A DNA stretch of 64,000 nt, from contig OZ237736.1 of the NCBI GenBank assembly GCA_965178125.1, forward strand, positions 1,178,001-1,242,000. The letters are read 5' to 3'. Position numbers and translations under genes: made by a program. This document shows, in pieces, positions 51,601 to 64,000 of the stretch. A model generated the notes under the pieces. That model saw nothing but the letters and a program-made list of their open reading frames with translations. It ran no database searches and was not told where the DNA came from. Numbering within the stretch: position 1 is the stretch's first letter; every line of letters begins with the position of its first letter. This stretch comes from Bilabrum cf. latius (taxonomy: Eukaryota).

Positions 51601-54600
51601 CCACGCTCACCGCGCCCGATGACGCAGATGCCGCATCGCCAGACCGCACAGTCACCGTGCCCGTCACATCCTTGTCAGAAACGCCAGACAGCACGCTCAC
51701 GCTGCCAGATGCTGCAGACACAGCCGCGCCCGACCCCACCGTCACCACGCCAGACACCGCGTTCGTCGATGCGCCCGACGCCACGCTCACCGCGCCCGAT
51801 GATGCAGATGCCGCATCGCCAGACCGCACAGTCACCGTACCCGTCACATCCTTGTCAGAAACGCCAGACAGCACGCTCACGCCGCCAGATGCTGCAGACA
51901 CAGCCGCGCCCGACCCCACCGTCACCACGCCAGACACCGCGTTCGTCGATGCGCCCGATGCCACGCTCACCGCGCCCGATGACGCAGATGCCGCATCGCC
52001 AGACCGCACAGTCACCGTGCCCGTCACATCCTTGTCAGAAACGCCAGACAGCACGCTCACGCTGCCAGATGCTGCAGACACAGCCGCGCCCGACCCCACC
52101 GTCACCACGCCAGACACCGCGTTCGTCGATGCGCCCGATGCCACGCTCACCGCGCCCGATGATGCAGATGCCGCATCGCCAGACCGCACAGTCACCGTGC
52201 CCGTCACATCCTTGTCAGAAACGCCAGACAGCACGCTCACGCCGCCAGATGCTGCAGACACAGCCGCGCCCGACCCCACCGTCACCACGCCAGACACCGC
52301 GTTCGTCGATGCGCCCGATGCCACGCTCACCGCGCCCGATGACGCAGATGCCGCATCGCCAGACCGCACAGTCACCGTGCCCGTCACATCCACGTCGGAC
52401 GTGCCAGATCCAACAGTCACCGCGCCCGAAGAGTCAAGCGAGGAAGACCCAGACAGCACGCTCACGCCGCCAGATGCTGCAGACACAGCCGCGCCCGACC
52501 CCACCGTCACCACGCCAGACACCGCGTTCGTCGATGCGCCCGACGCCACGCTCACCGCGCCCGATGACGCAGATGCCGCATCGCCAGACCGCACAGTCAC
52601 CGTGCCCGTCACATCCACGTCGGACGTGCCAGATCCAACAGTCACCGCGCCCGAAGAGTCAAGCGAGGAAGACCCAGACAGCACGCTCACGCCGCCAGAT
52701 GCTGCAGACACAGCCGCGCCCGACCCCACCGTCACCACGCCAGACACCGCGTTCGTCGATGCGCCCGATGCCACGCTCACCGCGCCCGATGATGCAGATG
52801 CCGCATCGCCAGACCGCACAGTCACCGTGCCCGTCACATCCACGTCGGACGTGCCAGATCCAACAGTCACCGCGCCCGAAGAGTCAAGCGAGGAAGACCC
52901 AGACAGCACGCTCACGCCGCCAGATGCTGCAGACACAGCCGCGCCCGACCCCACCGTCACCACGCCAGACACCGCGTTCGTCGATGCGCCCGATGCCACG
53001 CTCACCGCGCCCGATGACGCAGATGCCGCATCGCCAGACCGCACAGTCACCGTGCCCGTCACATCCACGTCGGACGTGCCAGATCCAACAGTCACCGCGC
53101 CCGAAGAGTCAAGCGAGGAAGACCCAGACAGCACGCTCACGCCGCCAGATGCTGCAGACACAGCCGCGCCCGACCCCACCGTCACCATGCCAGACACCGC
53201 GTTCGTCGATGCGCCCGATGCCACGCTCACCGCGCCCGATGATGCAGATGCCGCATCGCCAGACCGCACAGTCACCGTGCCCGTCACATCCTTGTCAGAA
53301 ACGCCAGACAGCACGCTCACGCCGCCAGATGCTGCAGACACAGCCGCGCCCGACCCCACCGTCACCACGCCAGACACCGCGTTCGTCGATGCGCCCGATG
53401 CCACGCTCACCGCGCCCGATGACGCAGATGCCGCATCGCCAGACCGCACAGTCACCGTGCCCGTCACATCCACGTCGGACGTGCCAGATCCAACAGTCAC
53501 CGCGCCCGAAGAGTCAAGCGAGGAAGACCCAGACAGCACGCTCACGCCGCCAGATGCTGCAGACACAGCCGCGCCCGACCCCACCGTCACCACGCCAGAC
53601 ACCGCGTTCGTCGATGCGCCCGACGCCACGCTCACCGCGCCCGATGACGCAGATGCCGCATCGCCAGACCGCACAGTCACCGTGCCCGTCACATCCTTGT
53701 CAGAAACGCCAGACAGCACGCTCACGCCGCCAGATGCTGCAGACACAGCCGCGCCCGACCCCACCGTCACCACGCCAGACACCGCGTTCGTCGATGCGCC
53801 CGACGCCACGCTCACCGCGCCCGATGATGCAGATGCCGCATCGCCAGACCGCACAGTCACCGTGCCCGTCACATCCACGTCAGAAACGCCAGACAGCACG
53901 CTCACGCCGCCAGATGCTGCAGACACAGCCGCGCCCGACCCCACCGTCACCACGCCAGACACCGCGTTCGTCGATGCGCCCGATGCCACGCTCACCGCGC
54001 CCGATGACGCAGATGCCGCATCGCCAGACCGCACAGTCACCGTGCCCGTCACATCCTTGTCAGAAACGCCAGACAGCACGCTCACGCCGCCAGATGCTGC
54101 AGACACAGCCGCGCCCGACCCCACCGTCACCACGCCAGACACCGCGTTCGTCGATGCGCCCGATGCCACGCTCACCGCGCCCGATGACGCAGATGCCGCA
54201 TCGCCAGACCGCACAGTCACCGTGCCCGTCACATCCTTGTCAGAAACGCCAGACAGCACGCTCACGCCGCCAGATGCTGCAGACACAGCCGCGCCCGACC
54301 CCACCGTCACCACGCCAGACACCGCGTTCGTCGATGCGCCCGACGCCACGCTCACCGCGCCCGATGATGCAGATGCCGCATCGCCAGACCGCACAGTCAC
54401 CGTGCCCGTCACATCCTTGTCAGAAACGCCAGACAGCACGCTCACGCCGCCAGATGCTGCAGACACAGCCGCGCCCGACCCCACCGTCACCACGCCAGAC
54501 ACCGCGTTCGTCGATGCGCCCGATGCCACGCTCACCGCGCCCGATGACGCAGATGCCGCATCGCCAGACCGCACAGTCACCGTGCCCGTCACATCCACGT

Positions 54601-57600
54601 CGGACGTGCCAGATCCAACAGTCACCGCGCCCGAAGAGTCAAGCGAGGAAGACCCAGACAGCACGCTCACGCCGCCAGATGCTGCAGACACAGCCGCGCC
54701 CGACCCCACCGTCACCACGCCAGACACCGCGTTCGTCGATGCGCCCGATGCCACGCTCACCGCGCCCGATGACGCAGATGCCGCATCGCCAGACCGCACA
54801 GTCACCGTGCCCGTCACATCCACGTCGGACGTGCCAGATCCAACAGTCACCGCGCCCGAAGAGTCAAGCGAGGAAGACCCAGACAGCACGCTCACGCCGC
54901 CAGATGCTGCAGACACAGCCGCGCCCGACCCCACCGTCACCATGCCAGACACCGCGTTCGTCGATGCGCCCGATGCCACGCTCACCGCGCCCGATGATGC
55001 AGATGCCGCATCGCCAGACCGCACAGTCACCGTGCCCGTCACATCCTTGTCAGAAACGCCAGACAGCACGCTCACGCCGCCAGATGCTGCAGACACAGCC
55101 GCGCCCGACCCCACCGTCACCACGCCAGACACCGCGTTCGTCGATGCGCCCGATGCCACGCTCACCGCGCCCGATGACGCAGATGCCGCATCGCCAGACC
55201 GCACAGTCACCGTGCCCGTCACATCCACGTCGGACGTGCCAGATCCAACAGTCACCGCGCCCGAAGAGTCAAGCGAGGAAGACCCAGACAGCACGCTCAC
55301 GCCGCCAGATGCTGCAGACACAGCCGCGCCCGACCCCACCGTCACCACGCCAGACACCGCGTTCGTCGATGCGCCCGACGCCACGCTCACCGCGCCCGAT
55401 GACGCAGATGCCGCATCGCCAGACCGCACAGTCACCGTGCCCGTCACATCCACGTCAGAAACGCCAGACAGCACGCTCACGCCGCCAGATGCTGCAGACA
55501 CAGCCGCGCCCGACCCCACCGTCACCACGCCAGACACCGCGTTCGTCGATGCGCCCGATGCCACGCTCACCGCGCCCGATGACGCAGATGCCGCATCGCC
55601 AGACCGCACAGTCACCGTGCCCGTCACATCCTTGTCAGAAACGCCAGACAGCACGCTCACGCCGCCAGATGCTGCAGACACAGCCGCGCCCGACCCCACC
55701 GTCACCACGCCAGACACCGCGTTCGTCGATGCGCCCGATGCCACGCTCACCGCGCCCGATGACGCAGATGCCGCATCGCCAGACCGCACAGTCACCGTGC
55801 CCGTCACATCCTTGTCAGAAACGCCAGACAGCACGCTCACGCCGCCAGATGCTGCAGACACAGCCGCGCCCGACCCCACCGTCACCACGCCAGACACCGC
55901 GTTCGTCGATGCGCCCGATGCCACGCTCACCGCGCCCGATGACGCAGATGCCGCATCGCCAGACCGCACAGTCACCGTGCCCGTCACATCCTTGTCAGAA
56001 ACGCCAGACAGCACGCTCACGCCGCCAGATGCTGCAGACACAGCCGCGCCCGACCCCACCGTCACCACGCCAGACACCGCGTTCGTCGATGCGCCCGATG
56101 CCACGCTCACCGCGCCCGATGATGCAGATGCCGCATCGCCAGACCGCACAGTCACCGTGCCCGTCACATCCACGTCGGACGTGCCAGATCCAACAGTCAC
56201 CGCGCCCGAAGAGTCAAGCGAGGAAGACCCAGACAGCACGCTCACGCCGCCAGATGCTGCAGACACAGCCGCGCCCGACCCCACCGTCACCACGCCAGAC
56301 ACCGCGTTCGTCGATGCGCCCGACGCCACGCTCACCGCGCCCGATGACGCAGATGCCGCATCGCCAGACCGCACAGTCACCGTGCCCGTCACATCCACGT
56401 CGGACGTGCCAGATCCAACAGTCACCGCGCCCGAAGAGTCAAGCGAGGAAGACCCAGACAGCACGCTCACGCCGCCAGATGCTGCAGACACAGCCGCGCC
56501 CGACCCCACCGTCACCACGCCAGACACCGCGTTCGTCGATGCGCCCGATGCCACGCTCACCGCGCCCGATGACGCAGATGCCGCATCGCCAGACCGCACA
56601 GTCACCGTGCCCGTCACATCCACGTCGGACGTGCCAGATCCAACAGTCACCGCGCCCGAAGAGTCAAGCGAGGAAGACCCAGACAGCACGCTCACGCCGC
56701 CAGATGCTGCAGACACAGCCGCGCCCGACCCCACCGTCACCACGCCAGACACCGCGTTCGTCGATGCGCCCGACGCCACGCTCACCGCGCCCGATGATGC
56801 AGATGCCGCATCGCCAGACCGCACAGTCACCGTGCCCGTCACATCCACGTCGGACGTGCCAGATTCAACAGTCACCGCGCCCGAAGAGTCAAGCGAGGAA
56901 GACCCAGACAGCACGCTCACGCCGCCAGATGCTGCAGACACAGCCGCGCCCGACCCCACCGTCACCACGCCAGACACCGCGTTCGTCGATGCACCCGACG
57001 CCACGCTCACCGCGCCCGATGACGCAGATGCCGCATCGCCAGACCGCACAGTCACCGTGCCCGTCACATCCTTGTCAGAAACGCCAGACAGCACGCTCAC
57101 GCCGCCAGATGCTGCAGACACAGCCGCGCCCGACCCCACCGTCACCACGCCAGACACCGCGTTCGTCGATGCGCCCGATGCCACGCTCACCGCGCCCGAT
57201 GATGCAGATGCCGCATCGCCAGACCGCACAGTCACCGTGCCCGTCACATCCACGTCGGACGTGCCAGATCCAACAGTCACCGCGCCCGAAGAGTCAAGCG
57301 AGGAAGACCCAGACAGCACGCTCACGCCGCCAGATGCTGCAGACACAGCCGCGCCCGACCCCACCGTCACCACGCCAGACACCGCGTTCGTCGATGCGCC
57401 CGACGCCACGCTCACCGCGCCCGATGACGCAGATGCCGCATCGCCAGACCGCACAGTCACCGTGCCCGTCACATCCACGTCGGACGTGCCAGATCCAACA
57501 GTCACCGCGCCCGAAGAGTCAAGCGAGGAAGACCCAGACAGCACGCTCACGCCGCCAGATGCTGCAGACACAGCCGCGCCCGACCCCACCGTCACCACGC

Positions 57601-60600
57601 CAGACACCGCGTTCGTCGATGCGCCCGATGCCACGCTCACCGCGCCCGATGACGCAGATGCCGCATCGCCAGACCGCACAGTCACCGTGCCCGTCACATC
57701 CTTGTCAGAAACGCCAGACAGCACGCTCACGCCGCCAGATGCTGCAGACACAGCCGCGCCCGACCCCACCGTCACCACGCCAGACACCGCGTTCGTCGAT
57801 GCGCCCGATGCCACGCTCACCGCGCCCGATGATGCAGATGCCGCATCGCCAGACCGCACAGTCACCGTGCCCGTCACATCCACGTCGGACGTGCCAGATC
57901 CAACAGTCACCGCGCCCGAAGAGTCAAGCGAGGAAGACCCAGACAGCACGCTCACGCCGCCAGATGCTGCAGACACAGCCGCGCCCGACCCCACCGTCAC
58001 CACGCCAGACACCGCGTTCGTCGATGCGCCCGACGCCACGCTCACCGCGCCCGATGACGCAGATGCCGCATCGCCAGACCGCACAGTCACCGTGCCCGTC
58101 ACATCCTTGTCAGAAACGCCAGACAGCACGCTCACGCCGCCAGATGCTGCAGACACAGCCGCGCCCGACCCCACCGTCACCACGCCAGACACCGCGTTCG
58201 TCGATGCGCCCGATGCCACGCTCACCGCGCCCGATGATGCAGATGCCGCATCGCCAGACCGCACAGTCACCGTGCCCGTCACATCCTTGTCAGAAACGCC
58301 AGACAGCACGCTCACGCCGCCAGATGCTGCAGACACAGCCGCGCCCGACCCCACCGTCACCACGCCAGACACCGCGTTCGTCGATGCGCCCGATGCCACG
58401 CTCACCGCGCCCGATGACGCAGATGCCGCATCGCCAGACCGCACAGTCACCGTGCCCGTCACATCCACGTCGGACGTGCCAGATCCAACAGTCACCGCGC
58501 CCGAAGAGTCAAGCGAGGAAGACCCAGACAGCACGCTCACGCCGCCAGATGCTGCAGACACAGCCGCGCCCGACCCCACCGTCACCACGCCAGACACCGC
58601 GTTCGTCGATGCGCCCGACGCCACGCTCACCGCGCCCGATGACGCAGATGCCGCATCGCCAGACCGCACAGTCACCGTGCCCGTCACATCCACGTCGGAC
58701 GTGCCAGATCCAACAGTCACCGCGCCCGAAGAGTCAAGCGAGGAAGACCCAGACAGCACGCTCACGCCGCCAGATGCTGCAGACACAGCCGCGCCCGACC
58801 CCACCGTCACCACGCCAGACACCGCGTTCGTCGATGCGCCCGATGCCACGCTCACCGCGCCCGATGACGCAGATGCCGCATCGCCAGACCGCACAGTCAC
58901 CGTGCCCGTCACATCCACGTCGGACGTGCCAGATCCAACAGTCACCGCGCCCGAAGAGTCAAGCGAGGAAGACCCAGACAGCACGCTCACGCCGCCAGAT
59001 GCTGCAGACACAGCCGCGCCCGACCCCACCGTCACCACGCCAGACACCGCGTTCGTCGATGCGCCCGACGCCACGCTCACCGCGCCCGATGATGCAGATG
59101 CCGCATCGCCAGACCGCACAGTCACCGTGCCCGTCACATCCTTGTCAGAAACGCCAGACAGCACGCTCACGCCGCCAGATGCTGCAGACACAGCCGCGCC
59201 CGACCCCACCGTCACCACGCCAGACACCGCGTTCGTCGATGCGCCCGATGCCACGCTCACCGCGCCCGATGACGCAGATGCCGCATCGCCAGACCGCACA
59301 GTCACCGTGCCCGTCACATCCACGTCGGACGTGCCAGATCCAACAGTCACCGCGCCCGAAGAGTCAAGCGAGGAAGACCCAGACAGCACGCTCACGCCGC
59401 CAGATGCTGCAGACACAGCCGCGCCCGACCCCACCGTCACCACGCCAGACACCGCGTTCGTCGATGCGCCCGACGCCACGCTCACCGCGCCCGATGATGC
59501 AGATGCCGCATCGCCAGACCGCACAGTCACCGTGCCCGTCACATCCACGTCGGACGTGCCAGATCCAACAGTCACCGCGCCCGAAGAGTCAAGCGAGGAA
59601 GACCCAGACAGCACGCTCACGCCGCCAGATGCTGCAGACACAGCCGCGCCCGACCCCACCGTCACCACGCCAGACACCGCGTTCGTCGATGCGCCCGACG
59701 CCACGCTCACCGCGCCCGATGATGCAGATGCCGCATCGCCAGACCGCACAGTCACCGTGCCCGTCACATCCACGTCGGACGTGCCAGATTCAACAGTCAC
59801 CGCGCCCGAAGAGTCAAGCGAGGAAGACCCAGACAGCACGCTCACGCCGCCAGATGCTGCAGACACAGCCGCGCCCGACCCCACCGTCACCACGCCAGAC
59901 ACCGCGTTCGTCGATGCACCCGACGCCACGCTCACCGCGCCCGATGACGCAGATGCCGCATCGCCAGACCGCACAGTCACCGTGCCCGTCACATCCACGT
60001 CGGACGTGCCAGATCCAACAGTCACCGCGCCCGAAGAGTCAAGCGAGGAAGACCCAGACAGCACGCTCACGCCGCCAGATGCTGCAGACACAGCCGCGCC
60101 CGACCCCACCGTCACCACGCCAGACACCGCGTTCGTTGCCGGTCCAGATGCTAGTTGCACCATTCCAGATGCTCCGGAGCCTGCGTTGCCACTTTGAACT
60201 GTTATCTGGCCTGTAAATCCGTTTGTTGACGATCCTGTTGATAGGGCGAGAGATCCGGATGAACCGCCGGCCCCCGTTCCACCTTCTGACCCAATGCGAA
60301 CCTATCCACTCGTGAGTGAATCCATGGATGCACCAGATACAATATCAATGCTGCCCCCTGTACTGGAAGCATCAGCTGATGCCCCACCTTGCATCACTAT
60401 CGACCCGCCGTCGTCGACCGTCGATGATCCTCCACGGATTTCGATCAAGCCGCCTGGACTGTCTTCTACATCTGCCGTCAGGATTTGGGTTGACAATCCG
60501 CCCTGGATGATGACCGTCCCATCCTCATTCGTGTGAATTTCAAAGGTGTTGTTTGAGAAGAAGAAGGCGTCGTTGCCATCATACGTGAAGTTAGGGTTCG

Positions 60601-63394
60601 AAAACAGCCTGCCGTCCAGGTAGTACGCTACTCGTCCGGATGGCAAGTCACCCTCAATGATCAGGATAGTCCCAGAGGCGTCAGGGAAAATCACGCTCCT
60701 TGGCTCTGTCAGAGTAGCTACATTCACATCGATGCGCCAGTTGTCACTGGTGTCGTCGCCTTCCAAGCTGAACGCGGTTCGACCAGCAATACTCCCTGCC
60801 AGGTAGATCAGGTCTGACCTGTTCGTTCCGATTGTCATATCCCTGGCAACAAACGTGGTTCCATCGGCAGCAATGCTGAATGCGGTCTCATTCGGCCCAT
60901 CAACCCTCACAAGGTTGAAGGAGGGGTCCGGAACCAGTAGCAATGGCGTTTCAATCAGCAGGAGATCGCTTGCGTGAGACGTTGCATTGCTGGTAATCGT
61001 CAGCACAGGACCTGATCCATCGTGGCTGATCCTCGCACCGCCGTCTTGCACAACCAAACCACCAGCCACAACGTCAATGCCGCCAGCCGATACATCGAGA
61101 CCGCTGTGAAGAGTGGCAAGGCCAGTGACATTAGCGCCGCCTTGGTGAATGATGAGGCCGCCGTCGCCGCGAATGTCCACCAGGGGAGTGGCACCAGCAT
61201 CAGCTGCAGTCCTCAAGACATACCAGCCCGGATCAGCTGCCGCAGCGACACCTACGCTGACCGCCTCGGCTCCAAAGCTGGCGTTACGGTTCACAATTGA
61301 GACTGTGTTAGAATCACGCTGCGTGTCCGCAACAAACAAGGAGCCAGTATCGATCGTGATTCCCAGCTCGGCTACAGTAAGCCCCCCAGCATTCACAGAG
61401 GCACCCCCACTCTGAACGATCAGACCTCCATTGGACTGAGAGCTCCCAATTGTCGTGGTCCCGTGTCCAGACACGGAAAATACCACCCCATCATCGCCTG
61501 CTTCCATCTAAAGAAAGGAAAACGACGAGTTCGTGCTGGCGTTTGTTTGCAGCAACATCACGTCGCTGGTGAAATACGGCTCGTTCGCCAAAGCATGCAC
61601 CACGGGCGAGAACTTTTGCTCCGAGATGGCATACACGCCGTCATCCAGAGTCGTGAGCCCACCATCATCGATAGTGATGCCGCCTGCCTGCACAGACAGC
61701 CCTCCGGAGATGATTGTCTGCCCAGCCTGCACCGTCAAGACCTCAGCAAACAGGCTGCGTGAGAACCGGCCGCGGAAAGCGAATACAGTCCCAGTGCCGT
61801 CGAGCCTGAAAACCTCATTCTAGTTTGCGATCACTTGGATAAAATTGAAGTCAGCGCTCTCTGCTCTCTGCGTTTCCAGCACAAATGCCGGGCCCTCGAA
61901 GCCAGGGTCCTCGACGAACACCTCGAGGTAGGTGGCATCCGAGTCGAACACCTCGGCCGTTGGCACAAACTCGCACCGCGACCCCGTCGAGTCGCCGAAG
62001 CACGAGCAAGTGCCCTCCTTGAAGTCGCAGATGCCATTATTGGAGCACAGGTCGTGCTCTTTCACTGTCGGGGCGCGCACTACCTCGGGCACTGTCCTGT
62101 TCCCCACCCTCACAACCCAGAGAGCATTCAGCGCGTGCCCCACGTGCGACCCGAAGCTGAGCGTGATGGTGATGTTGCCATCTAATGCTTGCACGTCAAT
62201 CTCACCGCCACCAGCAGGGATGTCGTATTCCACCGTCTGGTTGACCTGACGGAGCAGACCCACCCTGAACTTGTTGGGCACAGTGGTTGCGTTCGAGATT
62301 AGGACCGCCACATCAAGCGTCCCCGGAACCCGACCAGCTTCAGCCAGCCCCCCATCGAGAATGACATCATTGCCAAGGCCGTCGAACGTCGTCGCATTGC
62401 TGACCGACAGTGACATGTCGGCGTTGTCGAGCGTACAATTCACGGCATCTCCTGCAGACGATCTGGCGCTGCTGGCGTCGCAGTTGAACAGCACCAGGGC
62501 GGGATCGCCCGTGTGCACAAATACGTTGTTCTCAATTGGATCGGGCTCGAACTCCAGCGCCACCTGGTAGCTGGCAGCGCCAGTGTCGGCATCCAGCTGA
62601 GTGCGAAAGCACCTCGCCCTGCTGATGGCAGCATGCGACTCGAACGCGGCCTGGCACTGAGCCGCCGTCGCATTGGCTGGGAAGGGCTCTTCGGCGTGTC
62701 TGCCCATGAATTTTAGGGCAAAGCTACCAGTCAGAGTGTCTGTGGGCGCCCCAGTCCCGGGATCGAGTCCCGTTGTCAGCGTAATCACCCGATCCTGCTG
62801 GTTGCGGGTGCGAGGGTCGTCGCCACGAGGGCACACTCTCTGCGAACAATCGTGACCCGTTCGTCCCCAATCGCAGAAGCATTTCTAGATGCGATCTTTC
62901 TCCCAACCAACATACATTGGGACATAACCATCGCCAGTCTAGCTGGGATTCGGTGCATCAATCCCGAAGAACTGGTTCAGCTTGCCCATGGTGATACACT
63001 CGCCTTTATCGTTGCAGTCACTAGGGCATGCAGTTCTTTCACAGGCAATGCCGCTGAAACCCGGGTAGCATGAACACACGCCCGCAGCTCTGTCGCAAAC
63101 GCCCTGGCCGCTGCACTCCTGGAGCGGTCGATCGGCAAACTCGCTACTTGAGATATTACTGTTGTCGAGACGGGCTGACCACGCTTCCCGGAACTCACAA
63201 ACACGATCATCACAACTTGGACCGGTATATCCATCGAAACAAGAGCACGATGAGGATGGGTTGTCACACAGACCGTGGCCGCTGCACAGATTCGGACAGG
63301 CGGCGTAAGAAAGGGTCGACACAGCCATAGAGAGCATCAGCACCCGTCCTGATAGCGGTATTGAACTCAGCTTGCTGGCGCGCTGATCTAACAT
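45689..63394 (-). CDS. Giant intronless secreted protein (5,901 aa): signal peptide, tenascin/mastigoneme-type EGF domains, beta-strand-rich region and a 15-aa Ser/Gly/Ala/Val repeat stalk
   Basis: ORFs 62939, 61820, 61508, 60302, 46577, 46151 and 45695 are one frame joined by 9 TAG codons, from ATG 63394 to TGA 45691-45689. N-terminus VLMLSMAVSTLSYAA-CPNLCSGHGLC, with ECSGQGVCDRAAGVCSCYPGFSGIACERTACP and CDWGRTGHDCSQRVCPRGDDP. Confidence 0.88.
46787..60136 (-). repeat. 13.3-kb coding tandem array of interspersed 225-bp and 180-bp units (5 or 4 x 45-bp subunits), roughly 65 units
   Basis: Long unit SGAVSVASGASTNAV/SGVVTVGSGAAVSAA/SGGVSVLSGSSSLDS/SGAVTVGSGTSDVDV/TGTVTVRSGDAASAS. In the short unit, subunits 3 and 4 are replaced by SGGVSVLSGVSDKDV. 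Copies are nearly identical. Confidence 0.97.
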
Positions 63395-63727
63395 GTCGAA
63401 ACTGTACGCTCTGCGGTCTGCAGTATGGCTGAGCAAACGGTGCGTGAGTATGCAGCTGGATCCGAGGGGTTTCAGCGATTCTCCTTATTACAATGAGATA
63501 TATCTACACGTAATTACTACTACTGCTTGCAACTTTTTCTGATTCCCTGACGAATTCCAATTTTAAAGCTAAAAAACGCGTGTACAGGCGTTGGGTTCGT
63601 TTAGTTATTCCGAGTTGAGGTCGCTCTCGATAAGTTGGTCGCAAGATGATTTGTAGCGAACAGTTTGCACATCGCCTGGAGAAAAGTTGCCTGCGGGACA
63701 GATCACACAAAAGGTTGACCAGGCGAC

Positions 63728-64000
63728 ATGGAGCTCTCATCGTAGTTCGAATTTCGAACCTCTGAAGCAGGCTTTCCGATCATTGTTCGAAAAGGAGAGA
63801 AGTGGGCAGAAAAGCCTATTGTGCCTGCAGACGCTGCTCCTGCGGCAAGTGGCGCCGGTGCTGACGACTCTGTGAACCCGAGTGATGCAAGCAAGGGAGG
63901 AAGAGAATAGGAGCGCCTGATTGAATCATCCAAGGGTCGCATTGAGAGCCAGGGAAAGATTGGCGGGCAGTTTTCCGAAGCAGCAAGCCGGGAGTACTAC
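63728..64000 (+). CDS. 5' part of a hypothetical protein running off the window
   Basis: ATG at 63728 gives MELSS*FEFRTSEAGFPIIVRKGEKWAEKP...REYY; the frame is open to the window end except for two TAG codons. Confidence 0.55.

Noticed and set aside
46787-60136. CRISPR array or non-coding satellite interpretation
   Set aside because: There are no unique spacers and no cas genes, the context is eukaryotic, and the units are in-frame multiples of 45 bp inside a CDS.
46849-60216. Two 4,400-aa plus-strand ORFs across the big repeat
   Set aside because: They are shadows of a stop-free repeat unit. Only the minus frame continues into unique, similarly patterned coding sequence on both sides and has a signal peptide.
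1-64000. Mass pseudogenisation as the explanation for internal stops
   Set aside because: The interruptions are almost exclusively TAG, with no frameshifts or internal TGA in conserved genes, and the catalytic motifs are intact.
1-64000. Ciliate-type code (TAA and TAG both Gln) or pyrrolysine insertion
   Set aside because: TAA ends several genes at plausible C-termini and occurs internally only once. TAG is frequent, sits at Gln positions, and no pyl genes are seen.
1-64000. Suppressor tRNA-Gln(CUA) or eRF1 gene in this window
   Set aside because: I recognised no cloverleaf or eRF1 motif by eye; these must be sought elsewhere in the genome.

Overview
Gene-dense eukaryotic nuclear DNA with short GT-AG introns, ciliary genes (WDR19/IFT144, WDR60/DYNC2I1, a MORN protein) and a mastigoneme-type EGF protein. 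It is most likely a heterotrophic flagellated stramenopile, possibly bicosoecid-like (inference). The main result is a non-standard nuclear genetic code. Nearly every gene is broken in the ORF track by in-frame TAG codons that must be sense codons. At diagnostic conserved positions (SAE1 YDR*IRLWG, WDR60 C*TDEV, WDR19 AFS*SL, and a CAG/TAG polyQ tract) TAG reads as Gln, while genes end at TAA or TGA. Re-read with TAG=Gln, the window holds about 18 genes: WDR19, a MORN protein, SKI3, a C2H2 zinc finger protein, WDR60, an L51/S25/CI-B8-like protein, LCMT1, SLX1, SAE1, COQ3, signal peptide peptidase, a TCEANC2-like protein, ArgJ, several hypothetical proteins, and an intronless ~5,900-aa secreted protein with a 13.3-kb array of 15-aa repeats. 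Other notable items are a highly structured ~460-nt ncRNA candidate, a bacterial-type beta-helix carbohydrate-enzyme remnant containing an intron, and one in-frame TAA inside a long gene. All homology calls come from remembered family motifs, not from database searches.
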